A stretch of 64,000 nt of DNA from Eledone cirrhosa (GCA_964016885.1 OZ024740.1:417136001-417200000), one strand, 5' to 3'; shown: positions 1 through 17,896, counted from the stretch's first letter. The notes: generated by a model not told the origin, from the sequence alone. Made by a program: numbers and translations.

Positions 1-1033
<1,033 letters not shown>

Positions 1034-1035
<2 letters not shown>

Positions 1036-1990
1036 TAGACATGAAAAATGCGCAAGCTCAAAAGTGCCACAGAATGTTATAATAAACCTTCAAAAGTGTG
1101 GGACTAGAGTTGTTGCTAAAAAATATTGTAATCATTATATATCGTACATTCTGTGGCATCCTTTATAAAAATAGCTTAAATCAACGAAGCCTTTATTTTT
1201 ACGCTATTTCACTTAGTTAATTCTTAGAGTGTAACATATAAAAATATCATTTACAACTATAAAATAAATTAATTAATATAATAACAGAGCTGCGGAGCTG
1301 AAATTTAGGAAATAATGGAGTATCGGATCCTGAGTTGGAGCCAGTCAATTTTTGGCCGACTCCGCAGCCCTGTATAATACATTTCATATTAAAGTTATTA
1401 ATAAACCTATTTTACACTTCATGCAAATTACCACGAGATATTGATATTAGATATAAGATACAGCGCAATATCTACAGCTGTAAAAGTACGAAAGCGAAGT
1501 AATAATAAGTGGCTTAAGGTAATTCCAATATGAAAGTTTGTAGTGATAAAAATTTGATAATGCAATACGATTGTTAATATTATAGTTCTATGAAAATGTA
1601 ACAATAGATAACTAAATTATTTTACTATTAGTATATTTAAGAAATTATCATTATAGATTTGATCGTTCATATAAGCATCATATTAAGTTTCAACACAATT
1701 ATTTTGTTACTATGAGTATATGATAATAATATTACGTAATTATTTATAGCTGTTATTACATTAAACATAGATGTATTTATTTTTATATGTTACACTCTAA
1801 GAATTAACTAAGTGAAATAGCGTAAAAATAAAGGCTTCGTTGGTTTAAGCTATTTTTATAAAGGATGCCACAGAATGTACGATATATAATGATTACAATA
1901 TTTTTTAGCAACAACTCTAGTCCCACACTTTTGAAGGTTTATTATAACATTCTGTGGCACTTTTGAGCTTGCGCATTTTTCATGTCTAGT
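1034..1990. mobile_element. Foldback/MITE-like element with 213-bp inverted arms
   Basis: 1034-1246 (actagacatgaaaaatgcgc...) is the reverse complement of 1778-1990 (...gcgcatttttcatgtctagt), one mismatch seen; AT-rich non-coding spacer. Confidence 0.8.
1285..1372. mobile_element. 88-bp hAT-type MITE
   Basis: TIRs cagagctgcggag / ctccgcagccctg; 8-bp flanks tataataa / tataatac (hAT-length TSD, 1 mismatch). Confidence 0.7.
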
Positions 1991-2547
1991 TTAATATTTT
2001 TTTAAGGCAACGCTTGTAATAACTCTAGTTAAACAGGATATATATTAATAATAAATTATCGTTGTAATGTAATTAGATTATGTAATTGTTATTATAAATT
2101 ATCTTATAAATATTAGTGTAAGATGTATAAAAATATTTTCAGACTTTTAATATAAACAACTACAAAAAACAATCAATATTAAATCAATATATTATACATA
2201 ATAGAAAACATAAAATATACAATACAAAAACAAAATATTTACATACAATTGCAATTATCAGTGAATATACATTTTCTTTATATTCCCTGAGCAAATTAAT
2301 AAGATTTGTTTTTATTGTACATAATTTGATGACTTGTTGGAGTGTATTAAAAGATAGCAACAATTTGTGATTAAATTGTTATCTTAAGCAACTCACTTTT
2401 TAATAGTTGTTGGCTGAGCGAAATTGTAAAAGCCTATGAGCAAATATAAAAAAAAATACACAAACAACATTTCCTTGTGTTATTACAACATTAGATAAAA
2501 TAATTGAGCAATGTCGTTATATTTTGCTCTTATTGCACATTAATAGT

Positions 2548-2712
2548 GTTTCTATTTTTCGGCACAAATCCATTACGGCAGTCCATTACTGGTACTTTAT
2601 TTTATCGAATTAGTAAGTATGAAAGTCGAAGTTAACCTCGGCAGGATTTGAACTTAGAATGCAAAGGACCATAACAATACTGCAAAGCATGGTGTCTGAC
2701 GCTCTACCAATA
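2548..2712 (-). mobile_element. tRNA-derived SINE family A, diverged copy
   Basis: Homologous to 17283-17465; B-box-like gttcaaatcc on the minus strand; ctggtactttattttatcga core. Confidence 0.75.
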
Positions 2713-3107
2713 CTTGTGTTGAGCTGGTCATTAATTTATGGTGGTCGTGCGTGGAGTAGAGCAATCGCTAGTTGAAATATTATGAACAAAACATTTTTAT
2801 TTGCCGAAGAACATATTTTCAATACTGTTTGTGAATGTGACGAAGGAAATACATTCTGATATGGAACAGTGTACAAAGTGTGTCTGTGAATAACATAATG
2901 TTACCTCATGTTGTTGTCAAGACATAATGGATTTCGTATATCCAGTTAGAAGATGAAACCTAGCCATCTCGGATTAGTTATATTTCATGCCATGTGTAAA
3001 CGTGTTTGAGGATAGCAAAATATGCGCGTTAATTATAATAATTAGTTAATAATATTACAAAATATACCTAATTAAACACTTTGCTTGAAATTTTATCATT
3101 CTTCGTT

Positions 3108-3144
<37 letters not shown>

Positions 3145-4502
3145 GGAGAGAGATTTATCTAGTCCTTCGCTCAAGATTAATCTATAAGTTTAGATGTTTG
3201 CCTTCGTTTAAGTAAATATTACAGTAAGATTTTTAATATAAACAACTACAAAAAACAATTAATATTAAAACGAAAAAATTATCAATGATAAAAGAAGCGG
3301 ATGCAACTTTTTTTTTTATAAAGTTATATTCCTGTTTCTTTAAAGAACATTTCATTTTTGTTCTATTGTAGGCGAAATAATGCAATGGTTTAATAGGGAA
3401 GATATAACTTACGAATTATGTCTCTAACCGTGTAACGCTTTTTAAGTAGATAACTACAATTGAAAATACTAAAGAAATGGAACCAACAATTCAATTTGAA
3501 AGTCGTCTAGTGACAGTGTATTACTGGTACTTTATTTTATCGACCCCGTAACGATGAAAGGCAAAAATGCAAATGCTTAAAATTTAAATTGCCTTAATTC
3601 TATCGTCTGCTGTTTCATTAAAGGGAGATTATCGTCTGTATTTAATTCTATCGTCTACTGTTCCACTAAACAGATATACGTCCACTATCGTCTCTATTTA
3701 TACATTTTAACTTATAACTTATACACATTTGATTTGAAATATTTTATCTAGTCCCCCCCTCTCAATATTATGATGATTTCTTTCGAATGAAACAGTTCTA
3801 GTCCTGTAGAAACCATTTATATATATAATTGAACTGAGTTAAAAATTCACAATATTTATAATTAAATAAGCTCATATATATATGTGTGTATTTATCTGTT
3901 TATTGTATTATATATAATGTGTGTATATACAGGATGTCCCCCAAAAATATATACACACTTCAACAGCATTCTAATAACTATTGCCTGTACAGGTAATCAA
4001 AGTGTCAATCGAATGTTAGTTTCGTGTTTTAACAGTACAAATTTACAATACACACATAAAACCAGTGTATATACATACATGAATGTGTATACACATACAT
4101 GAATGTGTATATACAATATATATGTATATATATATAGACACATATATTCACGGTGCAACGGTACATTAAAATATAGATGCGGGAGAGGGGAGGTGTATAT
4201 ATAGGGGCGCTGGGGATAAAGGAGTGTAAAGCGTGTGTAATTGATATATTGAAGGAGAGGAGCGTGCAGCGATAGAGTAACAAATATATAGAGAGGGGGA
4301 GAGATGGTATTGAAGGGGAGGAGTGCAAAGCGAAAGAGTAAGAGATATATATAGAGACGGAACAGATAGAGAGAAACAGGCGTAAGTAACAGTGGAAGAG
4401 ATATAGAGAGAGGTACTCTGATTGGTTGAAAATTAGCCAATGACATACGATCACCACCACCACGGCTATCCCCGAAAAATTTTTTAAGAAGCTACGCATA
4501 TA

Positions 4503-4883
<381 letters not shown>

Positions 4884-4885
<2 letters not shown>

Positions 4886-6420
4886 ACTTTGAATAACTTT
4901 GAAATGTTTTGGCCAGTATTGGCCCAGGCCATGTCTAACTTAATAGCACCACCTGGCGAAGTCTTTCAATTCAGGATTTGGGCACCATGGCCCATTCGAG
5001 AAGAGAATTACTGTTTGCGGAGACATATCCGGGTGTGGGTGGTTTGTCCGGGATTACTTGGAGGAATTTGTCCAAAGACTTCTTGAATTTTGTGTGGTCA
5101 GTTTCTGTTTTGACGTGTCCTGGTGTGATGTTGAAGAGAGCAGGGCCGATTGAGGTGAAATAATTGTGCCGTATTGTTGTTATGAGTTGCGATTTAGATT
5201 TTTGAATGGGACGGATAGCACGGGGCCCAAGCCTTGGGTGTATCTTGAAGGCGATGCCAACATCATTTGGGCAGTGATGATGGAACATTTTCCACATCAT
5301 GCAGATAATATAACGCTCACGGCGACGTTGGAGTGAGTAAAGTTTCAGGTTTTCTAATCGACCCCAGTAGTCAAGGTCTGACATGCCATCTATCTTTTTC
5401 GTGATTGCCCTTTGAGGAGCTTCAAGTTTCATGATACTTTGTTTCGTGTGGGGAGACCACAGTGGACAACAGTATTCAAGGTGTGGTCGGGCGAAAGTAG
5501 AGAAGAGAAGGATAATGGTGCGGGAATCTCTCGACTGGAAGGTTCTGAGGATCCAGGAACACATTCTGCGGGCCATGTCAACTTTGCTGCTTATATGCGT
5601 GGTCCAGCTTATGTTGCTGTCCACGGTTACTCCCAAGTCTCTGATGTTGTTAGATGCCACGAGAGTTTCCCCGGAGGGAAGGGAGTACGGGAGTTTCAGA
5701 GCATCCTCTTTTCCAAAGTGGATCAGTTCGAATTTGTGTTCGTTCAGTAACATGTTGTTCTTTTCTGCCCATTGGGTAACAGCCAGTAGGTCTGACTGAA
5801 GGCTTATCCGGTCATCCACGCCATTGATGACCTTTTGGAGCTTGGAATCATCAGCGAAAATTTTAATGTTGCTGTGTTTGATGATGTCAGTGATGTCATT
5901 AATATAGATGATGAAGAGAAGTGGGCCCAACACAGTGCCTTGTGGGACCCCACTACTGACTTTGGCTGGGCTTGATTTGACTCCCTCAACTACAACATGT
6001 TGGGTTCTGTTTGACAGGAAGCTCTTGATCCACTGCAGCAGCTTTCCAGTGACACCAATATTGGACAGCTTTCTCAGTAGAATGTTATGATCAACCCTGT
6101 CAAAGGCCTTGCTGAAATCAAGGTAGATAACATCAGTGTTGGAACCCTCTCCCAAGGCTCTCAAAATGTCATCAAAGTGATGCAGTAGCTGCGTCAGGCA
6201 ATCCCTTCCATTACGGAATCCATGCTGGTTGGAGTTCAGCATATTGTTACTCTCAAGGAAGTGGGTCATTCGCGATCTCACCACTCGCTCAAATACCTTA
6301 ATGATATGAGAGGTGAGTGAGATTGGACGGTAATTCACGGCAAGGGATTTGTTTCCCTTTTTGAAAACTGGGACAACAGACTGGGATAGGTTTTCTGGCA
6401 CATATCCAGCATCCAGTGAG
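4884..6420 (-). mobile_element. 5'-truncated CR1-group LINE
   Basis: RT ORF, short 3' UTR ending in two ataactttga units (plus strand); both ends flanked by (TA)n. Confidence 0.92.
4971..6419 (-). CDS. Partial LINE ORF2 reverse transcriptase (CR1 group), about 482 aa, no start
   Basis: [62 protein letters not shown]; uninterrupted to the stop at 4971. The upstream IY part of the 1487-aa ORF is microsatellite. Confidence 0.9.
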   Translation of the reverse strand, partial: SLDAGYVPENLSQSVVPVFKKGNKSLAVNYRPISLTSHIIKVFERVVRSRMTHFLESNNMLNSNQHGFRNGRDCLTQLLHHFDDILRALGEGSNTDVIYLDFSKAFDRVDHNILLRKLSNIGVTGKLLQWIKSFLSNRTQHVVVEGVKSSPAKVSSGVPQGTVLGPLLFIIYINDITDIIKHSNIKIFADDSKLQKVINGVDDRISLQSDLLAVTQWAEKNNMLLNEHKFELIHFGKEDALKLPYSLPSGETLVASNNIRDLGVTVDSNISWTTHISSKVDMARRMCSWILRTFQSRDSRTIILLFSTFARPHLEYCCPLWSPHTKQSIMKLEAPQRAITKKIDGMSDLDYWGRLENLKLYSLQRRRERYIICMMWKMFHHHCPNDVGIAFKIHPRLGPRAIRPIQKSKSQLITTIRHNYFTSIGPALFNITPGHVKTETDHTKFKKSLDKFLQVIPDKPPTPGYVSANSNSLLEWAMVPKS

Positions 6421-9387
<2,967 letters not shown>

Positions 9388-9637
9388 TTGTTATACTTTG
9401 GGAGGGTCATGTTGCCAATAAGAAACACACGCACCAGATGCTTTCACTTCAATTTATTATATATTTATAAATTTACAAATCTACAAACTTATACATTTCT
9501 GGTTGGTTGGTTGGTTCCACAACCAGATAGTTGTTTATATATAGTCATAGTCCTTTCGTCACACACTCTGTGACCTCTTCAGTGACTGGGGATTCCTTTA
9601 TTTGTTTCTGCGCCTTTCCTTTCTTCTATCCTACGCC

Positions 9638-9703
<66 letters not shown>

Positions 9704-9710
9704 ATATATA

Positions 9711-10462
9711 AAACATGAGAAGAAAGAAGAATACTGCGTGGTTGCAGATGGGTTACATATGATAAAAATAGTCCTTCGTCAGTGATTTTCCAAACATCAT
9801 TGGTATTTCATCGCATTAAAAATCATATACCTCAGGTTGGTGCGAGCAATAAGCTAAAAAAAGTTATTGGGACCAGTAAATCGCGTAAAGCAAGGGGGAC
9901 AAGTGAACAACATAGAAGGATAAAAGCAAACCAAAGAAAGGAAAAAAACAAGCAACATGGTAGTCCTGATCAGCATAAGCTGGGTGGATTTCATGAGCGA
10001 AAGGTACAGACGTCCGACGTGAGTGAGATGTAAGCAAGAAGAGACCCACTGTAAGCCAAACGGGAGGAAGTGAGAAGGGGAGAAACAGAGAGTGAGTGAG
10101 TGGAAGTGCGAGGAAGCGGTCAGTCGAGAGAAAGTGTAACTGACAGAGGGGGCGAAAGAAGGTGAGAGAAACAGAGAGAACGGGGAAACAGTAAGAGAGA
10201 AACAGACAAACGCAGCCGAGGTAAATATATATAAAAAAACATGAGAAGAAAGAAGAATACTGCGTGGTTGCACGTGGGTTACATATGATAAAAATAGTCC
10301 TTCGTCAGTGATTTTCCAACCATCATTGGCATTTCATCGCATTAAAAATCATATACCTCAGGTTGGTGCGAGCAATAAGCTAAAAAAAGTTATTGGGACC
10401 AGTAAATCGCGTAAAGCGAGGGGGACAAGTGAACAACATAGAAGGATAAAAGCAAACCAAAA
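9711..10462. mobile_element. Non-coding repeat family P: about 525-bp monomer plus about 225-bp terminal direct repeat
   Basis: 9711-9935 is repeated at about 10236-10462; homologous to 25852, 29812 and 57877; starts at a TA tract. Confidence 0.8.
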
Positions 10463-11024
10463 CGCACGTGCAAGTGTGGGTACATAGATATTGTATATTC
10501 CGGTGATAAAATGTAAAAAAATCACTTACCTTATTATATACAGCTTTAAATAGATAGCTGGAGAGTGGCTGACACCTTCAGTCTTCTTGACAAGATTTGC
10601 TATAACAGTCTCGTTGAAAGTTCTCCTTGCTCTTTGTTTAAATAGTGAAGCTATTCGGGAAATTGTTCTAAGTAACTATGGGGGGAGGAGGCTAGACTTT
10701 GATTCTCATGTTACAGCTTAACTTATTAAAGTTAGTGACGATGTCCTTTACTAATACAAAGTAGTCTTTCTTATGACTGCCAAGAAAATGTTTGACAGCT
10801 AGAGCTGCTAGAACACAGACCAGGCTCAAGGTTCAGTTCAGTGTCATTGATTCGATGGAGGATCATTGACCAACTCTCGTATCTGAAAACCATAAAATAT
10901 CCCTACTTTAAGTTTTTTTCTTGCTCATTCAAAGAAATTTACTGTAGAAGTAGCCAAAACATTATATTGATGTAGTAGCCTCCGGTTATTGCTATCTATA
11001 TAATATATTAACAGCATCAATTCA

Positions 11025-11130
11025 GTGGAGGTGTGTGGCTTAGTGGTTAAATATTAGATTCCCAATGGTGAGGTTGTGAGTTCGATGCGTTGTGTCCTTG
11101 AGCAAGACTCTTTATTTTACATTGTTCCTT
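11025..11130 (+). mobile_element. SINE family B (CORE-like), 5' fragment
   Basis: tggcttagtggtta A-box, gagttcgat B-box, gtgtccttgagcaagac core. Confidence 0.65.
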
Positions 11131-11519
11131 CCGCCAGGAGTTGCGACCAGTAGATAGTATTAGTAATTGGAAACATCAACGGAAACATCGTTTCCTTGGT
11201 CCGATCTGACGAGTTCCACCTCCCTCAGTAAACAAAGATGTCTGAGATTTTTTGATTCGGAAGAACATCAATATTGTTGGTATTGTTGTCTCAAAGCCAG
11301 CAGACCATTACTTAAGTAGGGCTGACAAGGCAAATCTAATGGCTTGGGCAGCGGTGGGGGTCATCACACTGACTATATATAGGAATAGATATACCAAAAT
11401 GCAAATGGGAGTCCCTAATTTCATTGTACAAGTGAATACATCAGTATATAAAATAGCATGCTATATGCTAGGATGGGGATATTGATGTCATGTTTAGAAT
11501 AAGTTCCGTAAATATATAC

Positions 11520-11730
11520 ATGACTAGGTTAGAATGTCTCAGGATTTTATGGGCAAAACCAACAGACAGGAGACCCAGGGGTAGACCCCGAGCAAGATGG
11601 TTGGATAACATATATGAGCTTGGCTGCTCTCGCTTGGGGATCCAGCTGGATCAGTTGGAGATGGTTGCTTTTCACAGGACCCCCTAGAAGGAGTGTTTGA
11701 GGACTCTGCCCCCACGACCCTCTCAAGAAA
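11520..11730 (+). pseudogene. Old RTE-type LINE C-terminal relic (second family)
   Basis: Translates to WAKPTDRRPRGRPRARWLDNI; homologous relic on the minus strand at about 36920-37230. Confidence 0.65.
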
Positions 11731-12014
11731 AAGAAGAAGCCCATGCTTAACCTCTAAGACAGCAAAATATGTTGCCCCGTGTTCATGTTTTTGGTAAATA
11801 GTGCTAATATAGGGAAAATTGTTGGCATGTTTAAAAAATGTGCCTTAAATATATTCTTGACTAGGTTTAACCTTTAAAGCAGCAACATATGTTAGCCAGT
11901 GTAATATGTTGATAAATTGACAAAATATATTTTTCTATAATATACTCTGGTATTTATCATTTCAAAGGATGAGTTTTATCATTTGTAGTGATTTATGCAG
12001 GGAAATACTATATA

Positions 12015-12271
12015 TGTGTGTGTGTGACAGCTCACACCTATGTTGGTTTAGCTGGCCTTCTCCAAGGTATATCTCGTTGGAGGTGTCTTGAGTAATTTTA
12101 ATGATAGGGGCCCCAGTCCTATCATCTCATTTTTACAGCTGAGTAAACTGGAGCAACGTGAAATAAAGTGTCTTGCTCAAGGAAACAATACATCACCCGG
12201 TCCGAGAATTGAACTCACAACCTTTCGAATGCAAGCCCAATGCACTAGCCACTAAGCCATGCGCCATCACA
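12015..12271 (-). mobile_element. SINE family B, tail type 1 ending cataggtgtgagctgt(ca)n
   Basis: A/B boxes and ttccttgagcaagacactttatttcacgttgctccag core; collinear with 22045-22272. Confidence 0.85.
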
Positions 12272-12781
12272 AATATTATATATAAATATTCACAAATACT
12301 ATATATGAGACCACGGAGCTGCACGTGGGAAGTTCCTCTGAAAGTCGTAGGCTTTGGAAAGGTTTTTTGTTTTGTATGGATGAGCAACAGTTGCCATACA
12401 TGTATGTCTTCCCCTCTTCTCTCCCCATCGTCAATTGTGTTGTCCAAGAGAAAGACATGGATCAATATAACTTGGCTCAAGTGATGTCGCAGGCGAACTC
12501 AAGAACGCAGAGGTACGGCAGAGGTATCACCTTAGATGTTCTAATAATTTCACCAAGCCACCGTCCTAGAGCGGTCCTAAATCAGCACTTTACATAACGA
12601 CCCTGAAAGGATGAAAAGGAAAGTTGACCTCGGCGGGATTTCAGCTCGGAATGCAAAGAGCTGGAACAAATACCACGAGGCACTTAAACCAGGCTCTGGC
12701 AACTCAGTTCATTCGATGTATATGTGTATGTGGGTGTATACACCCACACACATACACGTGTGTGTATGTGGGGGTGTATAC

Positions 12782-12850
<69 letters not shown>

Positions 12851-13628
12851 AACTTTGTATATATGTGTATATGATATTGATGTTTTACGCATACACACAT
12901 ACACGTGCGTGTATTTAAAACATATCAATATTATCTACACACACACACACACACACACACAAAGTTATAAAAACTTCAAAGCTCTTTTAATAAAGCCAAA
13001 ATAGAAGTAGCAGATGTCAATAAAACAGCATTGATCTGAACAGAGATCGAAATAAAGATCGACGAGGGAGAGATTTTTGGAGAATAATTGGAAACATTTC
13101 CCTTGATCGATATATTTATGTTTTGTAGTTTGGCCACTAAAACAACAAAGTGCCACACAGATCAAAGTAATAATGATTTTGGTCCATAAATGCGATAAGA
13201 TCCAAATATATTTCGATGGATCATGTTTGGTTAGTTACCGCTTCATATTACAGAAGTATCATGGAACGAGGTAGCTATTGATAATCTCATTAATTTCACA
13301 ATATTTGCCATATAAGATGAACTGGTTTTTTTTAGCGTTTCTCTCTTTTCTCTGGCTTTTGACAAACCTTAAAGAAAAGCGACGTTTCAAAATAACAAAA
13401 TATTGCATTTATATAACAGAGTTTTGTTGTTGTTGGTGGTGGTGGTGGTGTTATTTAACTTCATGGGAGATATGAATAAGTCGACATATAATCAGACATT
13501 CCAGTCATGAACATCCCGTCCCACCTATCATAATGTCAGATATGGTGTGTGTATGTATTTATGTATATATAAATCTCTCTCTCTCTCTCACATATATATA
13601 TATTTTTTATATTCTCCCAGAGAGAAAA

Positions 13629-13709
13629 GCCTTCTGACGAGGATCTCTTTCTCAATTGAAATCCGCTTGGACTATCTATTTGTTTGGGATCTGAAACCGC
13701 GGTAAGGGC
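13629..13709 (+). ncRNA. Type I hammerhead ribozyme (predicted)
   Basis: gcctt-CTGACGA-ggatctc...gggatct-GAAA-ccgcgg-TA-agggc: stems I and II pair with GU wobbles, palindromic stem III, GUA site. Confidence 0.72.
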
Positions 13710-13787
13710 ACATATAGTAAGTACAGTGAATTTTTGGGAATTTAATTATTTATTTTTTAAGATATTTTCTGTGTTTACACTCCCTTG

Positions 13788-13855
<68 letters not shown>

Positions 13856-13859
<4 letters not shown>

Positions 13860-14363
13860 CGTTTTGGAAGCCTCAACAATGCAGATGGGTAAATCTCCGG
13901 GTAACAGAATCCGGTGGTGAAGAGAGAGATGTAAGGGAATGTAGAATGAGATGTGTAGTGTGTAGAGGAACGTAGGAAAGAGCGTAAAAAATAAAAATAA
14001 TAACACGAGATAGAGTTACCTTGGGAGAGATTTAATTGTCCCTATATTTCGGATTCGCATCCATCAACTGGGGGGTTTTCTGGGGGGGGAGTTATCTGTC
14101 GGAGAGAAACGGTACGTGGCCTCTGCTGTCCGCTGTTTGAGTTACACAGAAACAGCGGACAGCAGAGGCCACTATAGGGACAATTAAATCTCTCCCAAGG
14201 TAACTCTATCTCGTGTTATTATTTTTATTTTTTACGCTCTTTCCTACGTTCCTCTACCCACTATACATCTCATTCTACACTCCCTTACATCTCTCTCTTC
14301 ACCACCGGATTCTGTTACCCGGAGATTTACCCATCTGCATTGTTGAGGCTTCCAAAACGACAA
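13856..14363. mobile_element. Inverted pair of repeat family Q with a nested hairpin
   Basis: 13856-14046 is the reverse complement of 14173-14363; internal 22-bp-stem hairpin at 14116-14172; (TA)n on the left and nearby on the right; third copy at 50657-50982. Confidence 0.85.
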
Positions 14364-14413
14364 AAAAAATAATCTTATTATTCCACAATGCTTCAAGCAA
14401 ACTTCAATACTCT

Positions 14414-14482
<69 letters not shown>

Positions 14483-14708
14483 GATAATAATAGTAATAAT
14501 AATAATAAATGTGAAGACTAAAATCTGAAGAGGGCTCGACAAGGATAATACCGTATATATATAAAAATATATTTTTTAAAAACCATAGAGCAAATATTTA
14601 TTAAAATAACAGATTAACATTTAAGCAAAGAATATATATATCAAGTATAATATACAAATGGCTTCTACTGGACTAGAACTGTGGTTACCCCCGATTGAAC
14701 CCGGGACT

Positions 14709-14755
<47 letters not shown>

Positions 14756-15649
14756 CGTATTTGTGGGCTTACTGGACGCCCCTTCGTATAAGACAACTCC
14801 TGGTTTTACAAGCACATTTATTCCATTGTTTTTTCCTCGTTCAACCTCTACACATTTACTAAGTCCACCTCAGCTAACATGAAATCTACTGTTATTGTGA
14901 TAAGACATGCAGACAAAGTAAATTCCAGAATATCAGCAACAACAACACACACAAAGCAAGAGATAAAATACCACTACAATAAGCCTGGACAAATACCTTT
15001 AGATAACCAAGACAAATATTTATGTAAAATGTTTACTTCTACAAAGTGTGAAGTAAAAAACTATGAAGTTTCATTCCTAGAGCCCAGTATATGCAAGTCA
15101 AAACTCAGTATTACAGTAAAGATTAGTACTTGTTATGTTTCGATACACAAAGACATTGAGCCTGAATGCAGTTGTGTATCTGTTAGTGGGTTGATTTTGA
15201 GCCATGGGTTAGTCACAGATATAAAATTAAAATACAAGAATATCTCAAACTGTACGTCTGATTAGAACAGCCATGTGGTACGTCGCTTGTTTGTTTGGTT
15301 TACAAAAACTAGAAGTAATATTTGAAACTTCTAGCTGGCTCCTGTGATGCTGCATTTGTCAAATGGAGTGAAGCACCATCGCTGTTGTTTTCTGTTCAAT
15401 ACAAATGGTGACTGGTGTTTGGATTATATATCAAATTTGTCGTTAAGGAACATCCATCATCCGTATTGATATGTTAAAGTTCAGGGTTATTATGGTAAGG
15501 TAAATAATGTAAGGAATGTACCAATATGTTGTGTAGGTTATGTTTGTTAGAAAGAAAGAAGGTACCTTAAAATGCTCCGAACTTTGTCGGTTTACAGCCA
15601 TAAGCCTAGCCATTACTTTACATATTCAGAAACTCTTATATAAGTTCGA

Positions 15650-15989
15650 CATCATGGGACGACACAGCAGTGACTCTTTTGCCCTCCCCCCATCTCCCAT
15701 CCACACACAAATCATGGACGCCGCGGCAAATGTGAAGGTCACTGCTTCCGTTGCCGAACGGAATAAAATCCGAAAATACTGGGAACTATCAAATAATTCT
15801 TTTTTCCAGGTTGTGGTGTTCAAGACGTTTGGTGGAACTGGGTCACTGACAATGAAGATCTTGTTAACATTGGAAGCTGAGGTGACAGGTGATGCCCGTG
15901 TGGGTACCTGGTTGTTTCAGCGCCTTAGCCTCGCCATCACCCGTGGTAGTCCTGCGAATGTATTGGCTTGCCTCAAAATATTCTGTTGA
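15650..15989 (+). pseudogene. CRE-clade retrotransposon restriction-like endonuclease relic
   Basis: AERNKIRKY...FQVVVFKTFGG...TGDARVGTWLFQRLSLAITRGSPANVL resembles the CRE C-terminus (QRLSIAIQRGNA-type motif). Confidence 0.7.
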
Positions 15990-16182
15990 CCTTTGTAATG
16001 TATGACTGATTGACGCACTTTCTAATGAAGCAGGATCTAGTTCTGTAAAAGTTGTTTCTATAATAAAATAAACATGCCTATACTCTACTAACGTATTTAG
16101 ATACATTTGTTTAACAGTGGTCGCCTCCCGATTTACATCAGGACAATATATATATATATATATGTGTGTCTGTCTGTCTGTC

Positions 16183-16218
<36 letters not shown>

Positions 16219-16219
16219 C

Positions 16220-16618
16220 ATAATAAATGTAATCTGAGTTTTTCGAATATTAATAATTGTTTCTACTTTAGGCACAAGGCTAGCAATTACCCAGTACATT
16301 ACTGGTACTTTATTTTACCGACCCCGTAAGGATGAAAGGCAAAGTTAACCTCGGCGGGATTTGAACTCAGACTGTAAAGGGACGTAACTATGCTAGAAAG
16401 CATGGCGTCCAACCCTCTACCGATACTGCCAATTCATATTAATAATAATATTCGATTCGTTTTCAATTATGCAAACAAGCCTCATTTTTAAAGCCATGTC
16501 AGTAGAATGAGGGGCTCATTCTACTGCCATGGCTTTAAAAATAAGGCTTGTTTGCACAATTGCAAACGAATCGAATATTATTATTAATATTCGAAAAATT
16601 CAGATTACATTTATTGTA
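16220..16618. repeat. Palindromic element with its left arm split by a SINE
   Basis: 16436-16510 mirrors 16514-16590, and 16220-16257 mirrors about 16580-16618; centre gtagaatgag-ggg-ctcattctac. Confidence 0.8.
16258..16435 (-). mobile_element. SINE family A with 11-bp TSD
   Basis: TSD atattaataat at 16247-16257 and 16436-16446; A-box tggcagtatcggt, B-box gagttcaaatcc. Confidence 0.9.
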
Positions 16619-16655
16619 TTGAGCCATGTAGAGCGAAATTTAAAAAAAAATTGTT

Positions 16656-16708
<53 letters not shown>

Positions 16709-17282
16709 GTGTGTGTGTGTGTAATAATTGGCAGAAATATCCAAAGTGTAGAGCAACTCAAGTCCGTAGGGCGAGTTTTAATATATTAAAATATCTGGCA
16801 CAGGAAGTAGCTTTAACTTGAAAAACAAAATGGGTGCAGATTGAAAAGTTGGTGTGTGTGTGTGTGTGTGTGTGTCCCTCACCTAACCAGCGAAACGTAC
16901 ATTATTAATTGTGCCTTTCCTTTTTTTAAGATGAGAGGGTACGTTTTTGAGGGGTGGGGACTTGGCAGCCATTTCTTGAAGGTCATGTGATCACTTACAG
17001 GCTCCTCGTAGAATCAACTAGTCAGTTCTTATCACCAAGAATTGTTTTGACCATCAGATTAGTGAGGAGTTATCGTTCTTTCAGTAACAAATTCAACACA
17101 TGACAAACTGTCACCAGGCAAGCGGCAACTGGACTCTTTTGATTTGTTTTCTGTGTTTCAAATTGTTGTTTATATAAGAAGGTTCACTGAGAAGTAAAAA
17201 TCATTAGCGGGACTTAATTCAATCAACATAAACGAACTGAACAGATATTCCGTAAAAAGATGAATTGTATTAGAATAGTTGG

Positions 17283-17465
17283 TGAATTGGCAGTATCGGT
17301 AGAGGGTTGGACGCCATGTTTTCTAGCATAGTTACGTCCCTTTACAGTCTGAGTTCAAATCCCGCCGAGGTTAACTTTGCCTTTCATCCTTACGGGGTCG
17401 ATAAAATAAAGTACCAGTAATGTACTGGGTAATTGCTGGCCTTGTGCCTAAAGTAGAAACAATTA
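17283..17465 (+). mobile_element. SINE family A
   Basis: tggcagtatcggtagag...gagttcaaatcccgccgaggttaactttgcctttcatccttacggggtcgataaa; central part resembles the Meta/MESC-type SINE core (from memory). Confidence 0.9.
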
Positions 17466-17574
17466 ATATCCTTTGTCACAGTATGAAAGGAAAAAAGGGA
17501 TATTTAAATTATGTAATATTATATAGTAGGGTGTGGGCTCCGCCAGGTTTAAAAAGGTTCTAAGAAACACCGTA

Positions 17575-17787
17575 TGTCAATATGGCGCCCCTACGACACC
17601 CTTATTACGAGTCCATACCAATATCATCACATGGAATGAGTACAAATTTGCCAACCAAGACTTCGTTGAGGACCCCTCATCTGAACCAACCAGTTTCGAT
17701 CTTCCCAAAAAGCGCTGTCCTCCGTGGAAATGCATTCTCCCTTCTATCTGCTGGGGCTGTGGGGAGGCTACCAATATGATTGATTGA
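17575..17787 (+). pseudogene. Possible Ingi/Vingi-like LINE C-terminal relic
   Basis: GC-richer patch translating to NQDFVEDPSSEPTSFDLPKK...PSICWGCG, reminiscent of DPT..PGFDLPR..C.CG; internally deleted if real. Confidence 0.3.
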
Positions 17788-17896
17788 CTTGTCAATTTAT
17801 CAGTCATATGGTGTTACCGAGGAAATTATTTGTTGTCTGTGGTAAAGTTTGTGAGAGAACTGGATCTATTCTTTATGTTATTGTATATTTTAAACT

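Noticed and set aside
17283-17370. tRNA gene
   Set aside because: The A/B boxes belong to multi-copy SINE heads with TSDs; no full cloverleaf is evident.
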